A stretch of DNA of 64,000 nt from an uncultured Flavobacteriales bacterium (GCA_964544885.1 CAZJDX010000004.1:33407-97406), one strand, 5' to 3'; shown: positions 48,804 through 59,275, counted from the stretch's first letter. Translations and numbers: made by a program. Notes: generated by a model from the sequence alone, not told the origin.

Positions 48804-49304
48804 TTATCTGCCTCTGAAGATCAGCTCTTTCAAAATTTTCTCCAGTTCCAACGGTCTCTGGGTACCTATCCGGGTGTGATTTCCTTCCCGGTTGGTTAAT
48901 TCCACGGCCTGATCTCCTCCGGTATAGAACCGGATCAGGCCATTGAGATGGAGGTTAAAGACAGCATTGTTGAGATGATATTTGCTGTATTTTCTTCTCT
49001 CCACTTTAACTATGTTTCCTATATCGATCTTGACTCTTCTGGATGTCCACAGTCCGTCGATCTCAATATGACTTTTAAACACACGTATCTTGATGTGAAG
49101 TACAAAGAGCAGCAAAATGGAGATAAGGATAATGGACATGCCAAGCCAGAAAAACAAGTCACCATCGCTTCCTTTATGACTCTTCCACCAATACAAGCCA
49201 AAACAAAACAAAGCCAGTGAAAGCCGCCGAAGGGTGCTTAAAGGATTATAACCCAGGTATTGTTTTTCTTCAAACAAGGGTTGGTCGGGGGACGTGTTAT
49301 TCAT
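48804..49304 (-). CDS. Hypothetical membrane protein (two TM helices plus a bacterial PH-like domain?).
   Basis: The start MNNTSPDQ at 49304 abuts the tilS stop. It has two TM helices followed by a beta-rich region of about 100 aa. Confidence 0.45.
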   Translation of the reverse strand: MNNTSPDQPLFEEKQYLGYNPLSTLRRLSLALFCFGLYWWKSHKGSDGDLFFWLGMSIILISILLLFVLHIKIRVFKSHIEIDGLWTSRRVKIDIGNIVKVERRKYSKYHLNNAVFNLHLNGLIRFYTGGDQAVELTNREGNHTRIGTQRPLELEKILKELIFRGR

Positions 49305-50634
49305 GTTTTTCCAGCGTGACGGTAAAAATTTCAGTTGTATCAGATGTGATCTTAAACCGGTCATCAATCCGATGTCCTAAGATACAAACAATGTCTTTAC
49401 CGGACAATACCACCAGGCAATTCTCCTTTTCAAACCTGTCAATTTTTTTATCCACCAGAAAATCACTGATTTTCTTTTTTTGTTTCATGCCGAGCGGATA
49501 GAAGAAATCACCGGTTTTCCAGAGTCTCACTTTCAGCGGAAACCGGAGTTTGCCGGCATCCAGCTGATGAATTTCAGGGGAAGTTGAAATGTCTCTTTTG
49601 TCCTGGTACTTCATAGTGGAAGTATGGAGTATAAACTTGTCTGCCACCACCTCTTGCACTTTCCCGGTCAGGCTGAAACGCCGTAAAGGGTAAGTTTTTT
49701 GTTTTTCAAGGATCAAAACGTCCCTGTCTTTGAGTAATCTGCTCTGACCGCTGAGAAATATTTTTCCGGGATGCGTTGCCCTGAGTATGGCCTCCGGATC
49801 AGGATTCTTAAACCCAAGGTATCTCAACAATAATCCAAGTTTTACGGAAACTTCCTTTTCAGTGCGCAGTTTCTTGAGGTGGATCTTCCACTTGTCTTTA
49901 CCCATTACCGTGACATATTTTTCCTGCAGTTCGCCGGCGAGTTCCTCCTCTAACTGAACACTTTCACGGATGTTGCTGATGTTCCGTATCATGACGCTTT
50001 CGAAACCGGGTTGCAATTTTTTAAATAAGGGAATAAGTTGCTTCCTGACCCGGTTTCTCAGGTATTCTTCCTTGTCATTGGACGAATCTTCCCTCCATTC
50101 AAGTTTTTCTTTCTGTGCGTATTCTTTCAGGCTTTTCCGGGAGAAGTAGAGTAAGGGCCGGACAAGCTTGTTATTAAGTTCCGGAATTCCGGTCAGACCG
50201 CTGATACCTGTGCCTCTCATGAGGTTGATAAAAAATGTTTCGATGGTATCGTCCAGTTGGTGCGCGGTTAAGATGTATCCGATGTTTTCTTTATTGGCCA
50301 GTTGTTCAAACCAGGTATAACGCAATTCTCTCGCAGCCATCTGTAGCGAAACGGAATTTTTCAGCGAATAGGATCCGGTATTGAATTTTTTAAGGTAAAA
50401 CCTGAAGGAGTACTTTCTGCAAAGTTGCCTGACAAATGCCGCATCATCATCCGATTCCTGACCTCTAAGCTGGAAGTTGCAATGCGCTACGGCACAGGAT
50501 ATTCCGGCCCTGTAGCAGAGATGCAATAACACAACGGAATCCAAACCTCCGCTTACGGCAAGCAGGACAGGTTTGTCTTCTTCCTGCAAGTTCAGAGACT
50601 TGATTCGTTCTTCAAATATTTCAAAAAGGTTCAT
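49297..50634 (-). CDS. tilS: tRNA(Ile)-lysidine synthetase.
   Basis: PP-loop SGGLDS at the N-terminus, 445 aa. Confidence 0.9.
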   Translation of the reverse strand: MNLFEIFEERIKSLNLQEEDKPVLLAVSGGLDSVVLLHLCYRAGISCAVAHCNFQLRGQESDDDAAFVRQLCRKYSFRFYLKKFNTGSYSLKNSVSLQMAARELRYTWFEQLANKENIGYILTAHQLDDTIETFFINLMRGTGISGLTGIPELNNKLVRPLLYFSRKSLKEYAQKEKLEWREDSSNDKEEYLRNRVRKQLIPLFKKLQPGFESVMIRNISNIRESVQLEEELAGELQEKYVTVMGKDKWKIHLKKLRTEKEVSVKLGLLLRYLGFKNPDPEAILRATHPGKIFLSGQSRLLKDRDVLILEKQKTYPLRRFSLTGKVQEVVADKFILHTSTMKYQDKRDISTSPEIHQLDAGKLRFPLKVRLWKTGDFFYPLGMKQKKKISDFLVDKKIDRFEKENCLVVLSGKDIVCILGHRIDDRFKITSDTTEIFTVTLEKHE

Positions 50635-50646
50635 TTGAAGTGGTGC

Positions 50647-52017
50647 TTAACTATCAGAATCTTCCCCTGATCCGGACGACTGATCCGGGTTATAATGACC
50701 GCGCAATACCCGTTGCATGCTTTCCGCCTTTAGCTGACATTCTCCATATTCTTTTGCCGGATCGGAATTGGCGGTGATGGCACTTCCCGTCATGAAAGAC
50801 AGACATGCTTTTTTTGAGTTGTATAGAATGGTGCGTATCACTACATTAAAATCAAAATCGCCTTCCGGATCTATATACCCGATGGAACCGCTGTAAAGCC
50901 CTCTCTTTGTATCTTCATATTCCTCTATGAGTTGCATGGCGCTTACCTTAGGCGCTCCGGTCATTGATCCCATGGGAAAAGAATCCCGGATAACATGAGT
51001 AAAGCAAATTTCTTCTTTTATCCGCGAACTGACCGTTGAGATCATCTGATGTAAATTGCGGAATGTGTAGACACCAAAAAGTTCTTCAACCTTTACGGAA
51101 GCTTTTTGCGCCGTACGACTGAGATCATTTCTTACAAGATCCACTATCATCACATTCTCCGATCTTTCTTTTGGATCCCGGGCAAGCCTTCTCGCGATCT
51201 CACGGTCTGTTTCCGGATCAGGACTTCTGCGCGCTGTTCCCTTGATAGGTTGAGAGATGATCTTGTTTCCCCGTTTCGCCAGAAACCTCTCCGGACTTGC
51301 GCAGATGGCAACATGATCGCCGGCTCTGTACACAGCGGAGAAGGGCATAGGTGAAAGTTCGTTCAGGCTACGGTAAATTTTCGCCGGATCTATATGGCAA
51401 TCTTCCGCATAAAATTCTGTGCAAAAGTTCATTTCATAGATATCGCCTTTCTGTATGTGTTCAAGTATTTTTTTAATTTTCTCATTATAGGTCGCGCTGT
51501 CCGGTGTGGTCCGGATATTGATGAAAGTCTGGATCGTATCCGGCAGCTCCGGTGCTTTCATCAGGTTTTCAAGAACCCTGAAGGCTTCTGATTCTTCTGT
51601 ATATTCCGGAAGGTAATGGAGGGATAATTCTTGTTTCCTCAGCTGTACAATGTACCGGGGTTGAAAAAAATGAGCCTTCGGGAAATGCAATCTGTCAGGA
51701 TTGTTTGATTGCAGCAATTCAATCTCGTTCTTCAGATCGTAACTGAAATAGCCCATAATCCAGTCCTTCCGAAGATCATAAAAACTGCGTAGTGCGGAGA
51801 AAGTATCATCTTGCAAAGGAGCTTCTGCGATCAGGTCGATACCTGCAAGTAGATCATATTTTGAATAGACGTCAACATTTTCTACTGAACCGGAATTACT
51901 GTTAAGTAAGCAATGAACCGGCACCGATTGCACATTCCTGTGAATAGCGTATACGGCATCATCTGACTTGCAGGGAACAGAGATGATCTTTCGTTTTGTG
52001 TTCACTGTATTGCTCAT
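50647..52017 (-). CDS. Chorismate-binding enzyme: aminodeoxychorismate synthase or anthranilate synthase component I family.
   Basis: C-terminal chorismate-binding domain motifs (FPMGSMTGAPKVSAMQLIEEYE...GSIGYI). There is no adjacent GATase gene. Confidence 0.8.
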   Translation of the reverse strand: MSNTVNTKRKIISVPCKSDDAVYAIHRNVQSVPVHCLLNSNSGSVENVDVYSKYDLLAGIDLIAEAPLQDDTFSALRSFYDLRKDWIMGYFSYDLKNEIELLQSNNPDRLHFPKAHFFQPRYIVQLRKQELSLHYLPEYTEESEAFRVLENLMKAPELPDTIQTFINIRTTPDSATYNEKIKKILEHIQKGDIYEMNFCTEFYAEDCHIDPAKIYRSLNELSPMPFSAVYRAGDHVAICASPERFLAKRGNKIISQPIKGTARRSPDPETDREIARRLARDPKERSENVMIVDLVRNDLSRTAQKASVKVEELFGVYTFRNLHQMISTVSSRIKEEICFTHVIRDSFPMGSMTGAPKVSAMQLIEEYEDTKRGLYSGSIGYIDPEGDFDFNVVIRTILYNSKKACLSFMTGSAITANSDPAKEYGECQLKAESMQRVLRGHYNPDQSSGSGEDSDS

Positions 52018-52038
52018 TCCATTGCTATGACTGGGAGA

Positions 52039-52812
52039 TCAGAGTTCATTCCATGACCGGGCAAGTCTCAGAAATCCTTCTTTCTTCACAAAACAAATAT
52101 CACATTGACCTAAAGCGCCATCTGCCGGCCTCCTCAGAAAACCGGGAAAGTCATAAACCACATAATTTCTTTCCCGCATGAAACTGACCACGTCTGAAAA
52201 TTCAGGTAAGACACTGATATTGTAATTGTATAAAGAAACTTCAAGAATGTACACTTCAGTCTTTCCAAATGTGGATTCCGCACCTTTCAATGCTTCCAGT
52301 TCAAAACCCTGTATGTCCAGTTTAATAAGTTCGGGCATTTTCATCTCCCCGGATGCGACGAGATCATCAATCCTGATTACGGGAACTTCACGTTGCTTCC
52401 CTCTGTCCAATAGTTTGTCGTCCTTTTCAGGGATGAATGACGAACCAGACAAGTCTTCCCACAGCGTAAGGAGCAATTTCCCCTTTTCTGATCCCGCACC
52501 AGCCAGAAAATAGGAAGAACCGTTATGCCCCTGACAAAAATCTCGCAGGGAATCTTCCATTTCCTGTTGTGGTTCAATCAGATAAAATACACTGCCCGGA
52601 AATATGTCAGCAGCCATACGACTCCAGTCAGCATGGTTAGCTCCCACGTCCAGTATGGCAGTACACCTTAATCCACGCGCTTTCAGATCCTGAAGCAGAA
52701 AGTCCATTCTTCCTGTGGGTCGGAGAGGGGATGCGCTTAGCAGACTTCTTTTATTAAATCTGACTATGTCGAACCCTGTTAGTCTCAGGAGATTGCGAAG
52801 GAAACTTTTCAT
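52039..52812 (-). CDS. FkbM-family SAM-dependent methyltransferase.
   Basis: ILDVGANHADWS motif, 257 aa. Confidence 0.75.
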   Translation of the reverse strand: MKSFLRNLLRLTGFDIVRFNKRSLLSASPLRPTGRMDFLLQDLKARGLRCTAILDVGANHADWSRMAADIFPGSVFYLIEPQQEMEDSLRDFCQGHNGSSYFLAGAGSEKGKLLLTLWEDLSGSSFIPEKDDKLLDRGKQREVPVIRIDDLVASGEMKMPELIKLDIQGFELEALKGAESTFGKTEVYILEVSLYNYNISVLPEFSDVVSFMRERNYVVYDFPGFLRRPADGALGQCDICFVKKEGFLRLARSWNEL

Positions 52813-53006
52813 GATCCGGTCTTGTAAATCCAGACTTGCAAAATGAAGGTATGAATATTTATCCTCTGCAAATCAGTATCCGCGATGGTTTTGATAAGTC
52901 TGGGTGACAGGGCTAAAGGTATTTACAAAAAAACAAATTTACAGAAGTGTTTTTGGTATTTCAGAAGTGATCGGATTTGGCTAATATTGATGAAGAATAT
53001 TGATGC

Positions 53007-53513
53007 ATGAAACAAATCCTGATTATCGTTTTGATCCTTACAGGACAAGTGCGATGTCTTTATGCCCAGGATATTACCAATCCAAAGGACTCCTACGGTT
53101 TGTTTTACACTGCTCTGACTTCTGATGATATCAGTGTTGTTGAAACCCAGATGCGTCATGTCGGTAAATTGGATCACAAGGATACTCTGGCTTTTAGTGG
53201 AGCCATGAAAATGAAATTAGCAGGCTTGTTGAAAGTGCCGGCAGAAAAACTTAAGTTATTCAGGCAGGGGCGGCAGCAATTGGAGAAAGCGATAGCAGAT
53301 GATAGTCTGAATGTTGAGTATAGGTTTCTCAGACTTATTATACAGGAAAATTCACCTCCCATTATGAGGTATAAATCCGAACTGGAGAAGGATAAGTCTC
53401 ACATACTTGATAATTATAATAAGATCGAAGCTTACCTGCGATTGGAGATCAAAAAGTATAGTAGTACATCTCTCATGCTTCGTGAATCCGTTTTTAAAAA
53501 TTCTTCACATTGA
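53007..53513 (+). CDS. Secreted hypothetical protein at the head of the dar-like cluster.
   Basis: 168 aa with a signal peptide. It lies 3 bp before the DarA-like gene on the same strand. Confidence 0.5.
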   Translation: MKQILIIVLILTGQVRCLYAQDITNPKDSYGLFYTALTSDDISVVETQMRHVGKLDHKDTLAFSGAMKMKLAGLLKVPAEKLKLFRQGRQQLEKAIADDSLNVEYRFLRLIIQENSPPIMRYKSELEKDKSHILDNYNKIEAYLRLEIKKYSSTSLMLRESVFKNSSH

Positions 53514-54418
53514 CGGTAAAGAAAGTTCTTATAGTACACTATTCACAAACCGGGCAGCTGTCAAGGATTGTTGACAATTTCAGCAAACCCTTTACAAATG
53601 CGGGAATGCTTGTTGAAAGCATCCGGGTGGGAATGGAGAAAGAGTTTGACTTTCCATGGACAAGCACAAGGTTTTTTGATGCAATGCCGGAAAGCGTCTT
53701 GTGTATTCCGTCAAGAATCAGTCATTTCAATCCTTCCTCTCCTACCTATGACCTGATCGTTTTCGCTTACCAGCCTTGGTATCTGTCACCCAGTATTCCG
53801 GCAACTTCAATACTTGCCAATGAGGAGTTCAGGAGGATAATAAGGGGGAAGCCGGTTGTTACACTGATAGGAGCACGTAATATGTGGCTGAATGCACAGG
53901 AAAAAGTAAAGACAGAACTTGAAAAGTGCGGTGCAGATCTTGTCGGAAATGTTGTACTGACCGATGAAGCAAATAATTTCGTCAGCGCCATCACAATTTT
54001 GCACTGGATGCTCAGCGGAAAACAAGAAAAATATCTGGGCATCTTTCCCAAGCCCGGAATTTCCGATGAATCCATATCTTCAGCATCACGATTTGGAAAG
54101 ATAGTTTGCGAGGCGATGGTGACGGATAATTTTATTGAACTTCAGAAACATCTTCTGGGATCGGGTGCGGTGAGAGTGAAAACAAATCTGATGTTCATCG
54201 AAGCCAGGGCAGGAAAGTTATTTCAGCTATGGGCAAGGACGATTATTAAAAAGAGAAACAGGCGCTTTTGGTTGAAACTTTTTAAATATTATCTTTTAAT
54301 AGCTCTTTTTGTTATAGCTCCAATTGTTTTGACAGTATATATGCTTATTTTTAAGCCCTTTCTGGGAGCCTCTATAAGGAGAAAAAAGGACTACTTCCGG
54401 GGAGTAACAAGAAATTAA
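53510..54418 (+). CDS. darA: DarA-like protein (dialkylresorcinol-pathway partner of the FabH-like ketosynthase). It has a flavodoxin-like N-terminal domain and a C-terminal TM.
   Basis: N-terminal KKVLIVHYSQTGQ flavodoxin-like start, 302 aa, immediately upstream of a FabH-like KS. Confidence 0.5.
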   Translation: MTVKKVLIVHYSQTGQLSRIVDNFSKPFTNAGMLVESIRVGMEKEFDFPWTSTRFFDAMPESVLCIPSRISHFNPSSPTYDLIVFAYQPWYLSPSIPATSILANEEFRRIIRGKPVVTLIGARNMWLNAQEKVKTELEKCGADLVGNVVLTDEANNFVSAITILHWMLSGKQEKYLGIFPKPGISDESISSASRFGKIVCEAMVTDNFIELQKHLLGSGAVRVKTNLMFIEARAGKLFQLWARTIIKKRNRRFWLKLFKYYLLIALFVIAPIVLTVYMLIFKPFLGASIRRKKDYFRGVTRN

Positions 54419-55567
54419 ATGTCTTTGAATCAGGTCTATATAATAAGAACAGCTCATTACCTGCCGAATAAACCGGTATCAAATGAGGAAATGGAGGAAT
54501 ACCTCGGACTGATCCATGGTAAACCTTCACGTTCAAGACGCATTGTTCTCCGTAATAACGGAATCAAGCGCAGGTTTTATGCATTAAACCGGAAGGGTCA
54601 GGGGACACATACGAATTCACAAATGGCTGCACTTGCCGTAGAGGGTTTGTTCAACAAGGGGCCGGCCGTTCCTGCCGACTTACAGCTTATTGCCTGTGGA
54701 ACTTCCACTCCTGATCAGTTTCTGCCTTCTCACGCATCCATGGTACATGGCTGGTTAGAGGCTTCCGCCAATGCAGAAGTCGTCTCGCCTTCGGGTGCAT
54801 GCTGCTCGGGTATGCATGCACTGAAGTATGCATACATGGCGATCCGTTGCGGTGAAGTGAGTACTGCCGCAACGACAGGTTCCGAGAGAGCTTCCAGGAT
54901 TCTTCGTTCCGACGTGTTCAGTATTGAGGAACAAAACTCGGAGTTGATAGAGGCGGATCCGGTAACAGCCTTTGAAAAAGATTTTTTACGCTGGATGTTA
55001 TCTGACGGGGCAGGTGCTTTTCTTCTTTCAGACAAACCCAATGATGAAGGTATAAGTCTGAAGATCGACTGGATCGAAGGGGTATCCTTTGCAAATGAAG
55101 TTGAAACCTGCATGTACATGGCAGGCGACAAGATGGAGGATGGTTCACTTAAAAGTTATATGGATTATTCTCCTGCAGAGATTATGGCCGAAGCCATCCT
55201 CAGCATGAAGCAGGACGTAAAACTGCTCAGCAAGCATATTGTTTCACTGGGTTTTGACAAATTGAAACTGATTCTTGACAAGAGAAATGTCAGGGCGGAT
55301 GAGATTTCTTATTTCCTTCCGCATATGTCCAGTGAGTTTTTCCGGAGCAAAATTCTGGAGAATATGGAAAAGAATGATCTGATCATTCCGCAGGAACGCT
55401 GGTTCAGTAATCTTAGTCAGGTTGGAAATGTCGGCGCGGGTTCGATCTACCTTATGGTTGATGAACTTTTTAACAGCGGAAAGCTCAGGCACGGAGATAA
55501 ATTGCTTTTGGCCGTTCCTGAAAGCGCCCGATTCTCCTATGTATTCGCATTATTAAGTGTGTGTTGA
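54419..55567 (+). CDS. darB: FabH-like ketosynthase III (DarB-type, candidate head-to-head condensing enzyme).
   Basis: KAS III fold with a nucleophile region GACCSGMHALKYA, 382 aa. Confidence 0.6.
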   Translation: MSLNQVYIIRTAHYLPNKPVSNEEMEEYLGLIHGKPSRSRRIVLRNNGIKRRFYALNRKGQGTHTNSQMAALAVEGLFNKGPAVPADLQLIACGTSTPDQFLPSHASMVHGWLEASANAEVVSPSGACCSGMHALKYAYMAIRCGEVSTAATTGSERASRILRSDVFSIEEQNSELIEADPVTAFEKDFLRWMLSDGAGAFLLSDKPNDEGISLKIDWIEGVSFANEVETCMYMAGDKMEDGSLKSYMDYSPAEIMAEAILSMKQDVKLLSKHIVSLGFDKLKLILDKRNVRADEISYFLPHMSSEFFRSKILENMEKNDLIIPQERWFSNLSQVGNVGAGSIYLMVDELFNSGKLRHGDKLLLAVPESARFSYVFALLSVC

Positions 55568-55982
55568 AATGCAAAAGAAGGAAGTACCTCAGGATCCCAG
55601 CAAGCTTCAGAATTTTACCAGAGAAGTCTGCTATGCTGTGGATGAGAACGGAAATTATACTACAACCCTCAGTACAGGCTGGGAAGTAAAATCCACCGCC
55701 CTCGGAGTGGCATGGGAAGATATACAGGCAAGGGTAGAAAAGGCCAGAAAGGAAGTGTTGGACGGAAAGGCGAGTCCGGTTTTGTTTTTCATGGAACTAA
55801 GGCTCATGGATATTGGTATTGTGTCCGCCTATACGGGTTTCTGGAAATGGACCATCAGAAGGCATATGCGTCCCTCTGTTTTTGCCCGTCTTTCGGAATC
55901 CAGGCTTCACAGGTATGCGCAAGCATTTGATGTTACACTGGATGAATTAAAAACAATGCAGGTTGATGAAAATAGAGTTTGA
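55557..55982 (+). CDS. Hypothetical protein.
   Basis: 141 aa with no motif. It overlaps both neighbours by a few bp. Confidence 0.5.
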   Translation: MCVEMQKKEVPQDPSKLQNFTREVCYAVDENGNYTTTLSTGWEVKSTALGVAWEDIQARVEKARKEVLDGKASPVLFFMELRLMDIGIVSAYTGFWKWTIRRHMRPSVFARLSESRLHRYAQAFDVTLDELKTMQVDENRV

Positions 55983-56979
55983 GCACATTCAATCCGCGCA
56001 TTGTGAAAATGGAGTAACGAAGAATCTGTTACGCTTTAACGGAGTTTCCCAGATCACAGAGCCTCTTGCATTCGGAATTGGTTCCGGCTTGTTCTTTATT
56101 TACATCCCATTACTCAAGATCAATAATGGACCTGCTTTTGCATTCCGTACCATGCCCGGAAATATTTTCCGAAGGACCTGCCGTTCACTGGGCATTCCTG
56201 TTGTAAGGAAAACTTTCGGCTCAAGGGAAAACGCACGGAAATTTCTTGAGGAACGTCTGAAAGAAGGCAGGCCTGTTGGTTGTCAGGTTGGCGTGTATTA
56301 TCTATCCTATTTTCCAAAAGAATACCGTTTTCATTTTAATGCGCATAACCTTGTTGTGTTCGGAAAGGAGAACGATGACTATCTTATCAGTGATCCGGTG
56401 ATGGAATCAACAACCCGCTTGAGCAGTTATGAACTGGAAAGGGTTCGTTTTGCCAAAGGAGCGCTGGCGCCTCGCGGTCAATTGTATTATCCGGCGGGGA
56501 ATGCCAGTGTCAGTTCTGAACAGATCAGAAAGGGTATCATCAGGGGTGTTAAAAGAAATGTACGTGATATGCTTTACATTCCTGGAAATTTCGCCGGAGT
56601 CAACGGGATACGCTATACGGGAAAAAAGATAACTCGATGGCGTGATAAACTTGGCTCTCAGAAAGCGGGCATTTATCTGGCTCAACTGGTGCGTATGCAG
56701 GAAGAGATAGGGACCGGAGGTGGGGGATTCAGGTTCATCTATGCAGCATTTCTGCAGGAGGCATTCTCCTACCTTCCGGAAGAAAAACTCATTTCCATCT
56801 CCGAACAATTTACCCGTTCCGGTGATCTGTGGAGGTCCGCCGCGGTACAGGCTGCGGGAATCTACAAAGGTCGTCTTTCATCACAGCAGGACTTTAACGA
56901 CATGGGTGAGTTTCTTTACCAGATCGCGGACATAGAAAAACAAGCCTTCACCGCTTTGTCCAAAATAAAATGGCAGTAA
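55963..56979 (+). CDS. BtrH N-terminal-domain (papain-like fold) protein.
   Basis: N-terminal ...SAHCENGVTKNLL... region, 338 aa. Confidence 0.55.
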   Translation: MMKIEFEHIQSAHCENGVTKNLLRFNGVSQITEPLAFGIGSGLFFIYIPLLKINNGPAFAFRTMPGNIFRRTCRSLGIPVVRKTFGSRENARKFLEERLKEGRPVGCQVGVYYLSYFPKEYRFHFNAHNLVVFGKENDDYLISDPVMESTTRLSSYELERVRFAKGALAPRGQLYYPAGNASVSSEQIRKGIIRGVKRNVRDMLYIPGNFAGVNGIRYTGKKITRWRDKLGSQKAGIYLAQLVRMQEEIGTGGGGFRFIYAAFLQEAFSYLPEEKLISISEQFTRSGDLWRSAAVQAAGIYKGRLSSQQDFNDMGEFLYQIADIEKQAFTALSKIKWQ

Positions 56980-57725
56980 TCACTGAATCTGCCTTAAGGG
57001 TTGACCGTCTCAGTTTTCAATACCGGGGTCAGTCAACAACCTGCCTCGATATTCAAACCCTTGAAGTGAAAGCGGGCGAGCGCTTTGGTTTGCTGGGCCC
57101 CAATGGTGCAGGCAAGTCAACTTTTATGCATCTGTTATGTGGTATCCTACAGCCCTTATCCGGAAAAATAGAACTCTTTGGTCAACCGGTTCGGAAAGGA
57201 AGGCACGACTACAGAAAATTGTTTGGTTTTGTACCCCAGGATTTTTCGTTTTATCCTGAATTGAGCGCGATCGAGAATCTTGAATTTTACGGAGCATGGT
57301 ATGGTATGGACAAGGCCGCTATCAGATCAGGAATCGCTGAAGTACTTGAGGTGATGGGATTGTCAAAGACGGGTAACAAGCCTGTCAGGAACTTTTCAGG
57401 AGGAATGAAACGGCGTGTAAACCTTGCTATTGGCGTTTTGCACAAACCTGAACTTCTTTTTCTGGATGAGCCAACGGTTGGTGTTGATGTCCAGTCTGGA
57501 AAGGCGATTATTGATTATATCAAGGAGCTGAACAGAAAAGGAACAACACTTTTTTATACATCTCATCAGATGAAAGAGGCACAGGACTTATGTGAACGTA
57601 TCGCTTTGATTGATGAAGGCAAGATACTTGCCTGTGGCAGTATAGAGAAGCTGTTGAATGATTTTGATGAGGAGAATCTCGAAAATATTTTTCTGAAACT
57701 CACCGGAAAGGAATTCAGAGACTGA
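56970..57725 (+). CDS. ABC transporter ATP-binding protein.
   Basis: Walker A GPNGAGKST, signature FSGGMKRR, Walker B LFLDEP. Confidence 0.85.
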   Translation: MAVITESALRVDRLSFQYRGQSTTCLDIQTLEVKAGERFGLLGPNGAGKSTFMHLLCGILQPLSGKIELFGQPVRKGRHDYRKLFGFVPQDFSFYPELSAIENLEFYGAWYGMDKAAIRSGIAEVLEVMGLSKTGNKPVRNFSGGMKRRVNLAIGVLHKPELLFLDEPTVGVDVQSGKAIIDYIKELNRKGTTLFYTSHQMKEAQDLCERIALIDEGKILACGSIEKLLNDFDEENLENIFLKLTGKEFRD

Positions 57726-59002
57726 TGAACAAGCTGATCGCTACCATACGCAAAGATCTGCTTATCCTATGGCGCGACAGGGTAGGCTTAGCCTTTATTC
57801 TCTTCATGCCCGTATTGCTGGTGATCATTATTACAAGCCTTCAGAACAGCACTTTTGAAATGGTGAACTCGAATAAAGTGAAGATTCTGTTGTGTAATGA
57901 AGACAAGGGAAAATCATCAGAGCAATTCATCGAGGCGCTCTCCAGACTGGGGATGTTCGATCTTTTGCTTACAGATGATGTTCCGGAAGGATGGGAACTT
58001 GCACAGAGGATGCATGAAATGGAAGCGCTGCTGGCCATACGTATTCCTGATGATTTCAGTGCTGTTCTGTTGATGAATGCGCAGATAAAGAGTGAAAAGG
58101 CTTTCAATATGACCGGCATCACAAATGATTCCTCTCATCAGCTATCAGTTCCCGATTCACTTCTCCTGTATTACCACCCTGTGCTCCAAAGCAATTACAG
58201 GATCAATATTCTCAACGGACTTAGGAGCGCTTTACAGATGGTGGAGACAAGACAAATTCTGGAACTGGTACATCATTCTGTAACTGAGGAAAACACCGGA
58301 TTTACAATGGATGAGAAACTGTTTCAGCCTGGAATTGATATCGCGGAACTACCGGTTTCCCGGGATTTGGGCAGAACCATACCTAATGCCACCCAGCATA
58401 ACATACCGGCCTGGACAATCTTCGCCATGTTCTTTATTGTTATTTCACTCGCAGGAAATATGGTGAAGGAAAAACTCAGTGGTAGTCATCTCAGACTCAA
58501 AACCCTCCCGACCAATTATTGGATAAGCCTGTTTTCCAGATTGATTGTTTTTACCGGAGTGTGCATGCTGCAGGTGCTTGTTATTTTTTCCATAGGTGTT
58601 TTCCTCTTTCCTCTGATCGGACTCCCTCAGCTGAACATACCAGCTGATCTTTCCGGTCTCATATTGGTTTCGCTTATCACTGCATTATGCGCCGTAAGTT
58701 ATGCCATCTGCATCGGAGTGTATGCAGGCACACAGGAACAGGCAAATGGATTTGGTGCTGTATCCATTGTGATCCTGGCAGCGCTGGGCGGAATACTCGT
58801 TCCTTCTTTTGCCATGTCTGATTCATTCAGACATTTTCTTCGCTTTTCTCCCATGCACTGGAGTCTGGAATCATATTACGGCTTATTCCTCGAAGGAGGA
58901 AAATTAAAGGATTTATGGGGAAACCTCGTACCTTTGCTCCTGATCATCCTTATCTTGCAAGTACTTGCTTTTGCAGGTTTAAGAAGACAAAAATTAATTT
59001 GA
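57725..59002 (+). CDS. ABC-2-type exporter permease.
   Basis: An N-terminal TM, a large extracytoplasmic loop, and a C-terminal 5-TM bundle. Confidence 0.8.
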   Translation: MNKLIATIRKDLLILWRDRVGLAFILFMPVLLVIIITSLQNSTFEMVNSNKVKILLCNEDKGKSSEQFIEALSRLGMFDLLLTDDVPEGWELAQRMHEMEALLAIRIPDDFSAVLLMNAQIKSEKAFNMTGITNDSSHQLSVPDSLLLYYHPVLQSNYRINILNGLRSALQMVETRQILELVHHSVTEENTGFTMDEKLFQPGIDIAELPVSRDLGRTIPNATQHNIPAWTIFAMFFIVISLAGNMVKEKLSGSHLRLKTLPTNYWISLFSRLIVFTGVCMLQVLVIFSIGVFLFPLIGLPQLNIPADLSGLILVSLITALCAVSYAICIGVYAGTQEQANGFGAVSIVILAALGGILVPSFAMSDSFRHFLRFSPMHWSLESYYGLFLEGGKLKDLWGNLVPLLLIILILQVLAFAGLRRQKLI

Positions 59003-59011
59003 ATCTTTATT

Positions 59012-59275
59012 ATGGAAAGAGAAGCGCTAAAGGCTGAGTTGAAGGCAAACATTGTGAAATTTTTGAATCTTATCAATGTTAACCCTGCAGATATCAAAGA
59101 TGATGAACCGCTGTTTGGCGAGGGACTGGGCCTCGATTCCATTGATGCTATCGAATTAATCGTTCTGCTCGACAGGGTTTATGGAATTAAGATTACCGAT
59201 CCCAAAGAAGGCCGCAAGATTTTTATTGATATCAATACGATGGTGGACTATGTTGAGAAACACCGTACAAAGTAA
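59012..59275 (+). CDS. Acyl carrier protein.
   Basis: 87 aa with the phosphopantetheine-attachment motif LGLDSIDAIEL. Confidence 0.85.
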   Translation: MEREALKAELKANIVKFLNLINVNPADIKDDEPLFGEGLGLDSIDAIELIVLLDRVYGIKITDPKEGRKIFIDINTMVDYVEKHRTK

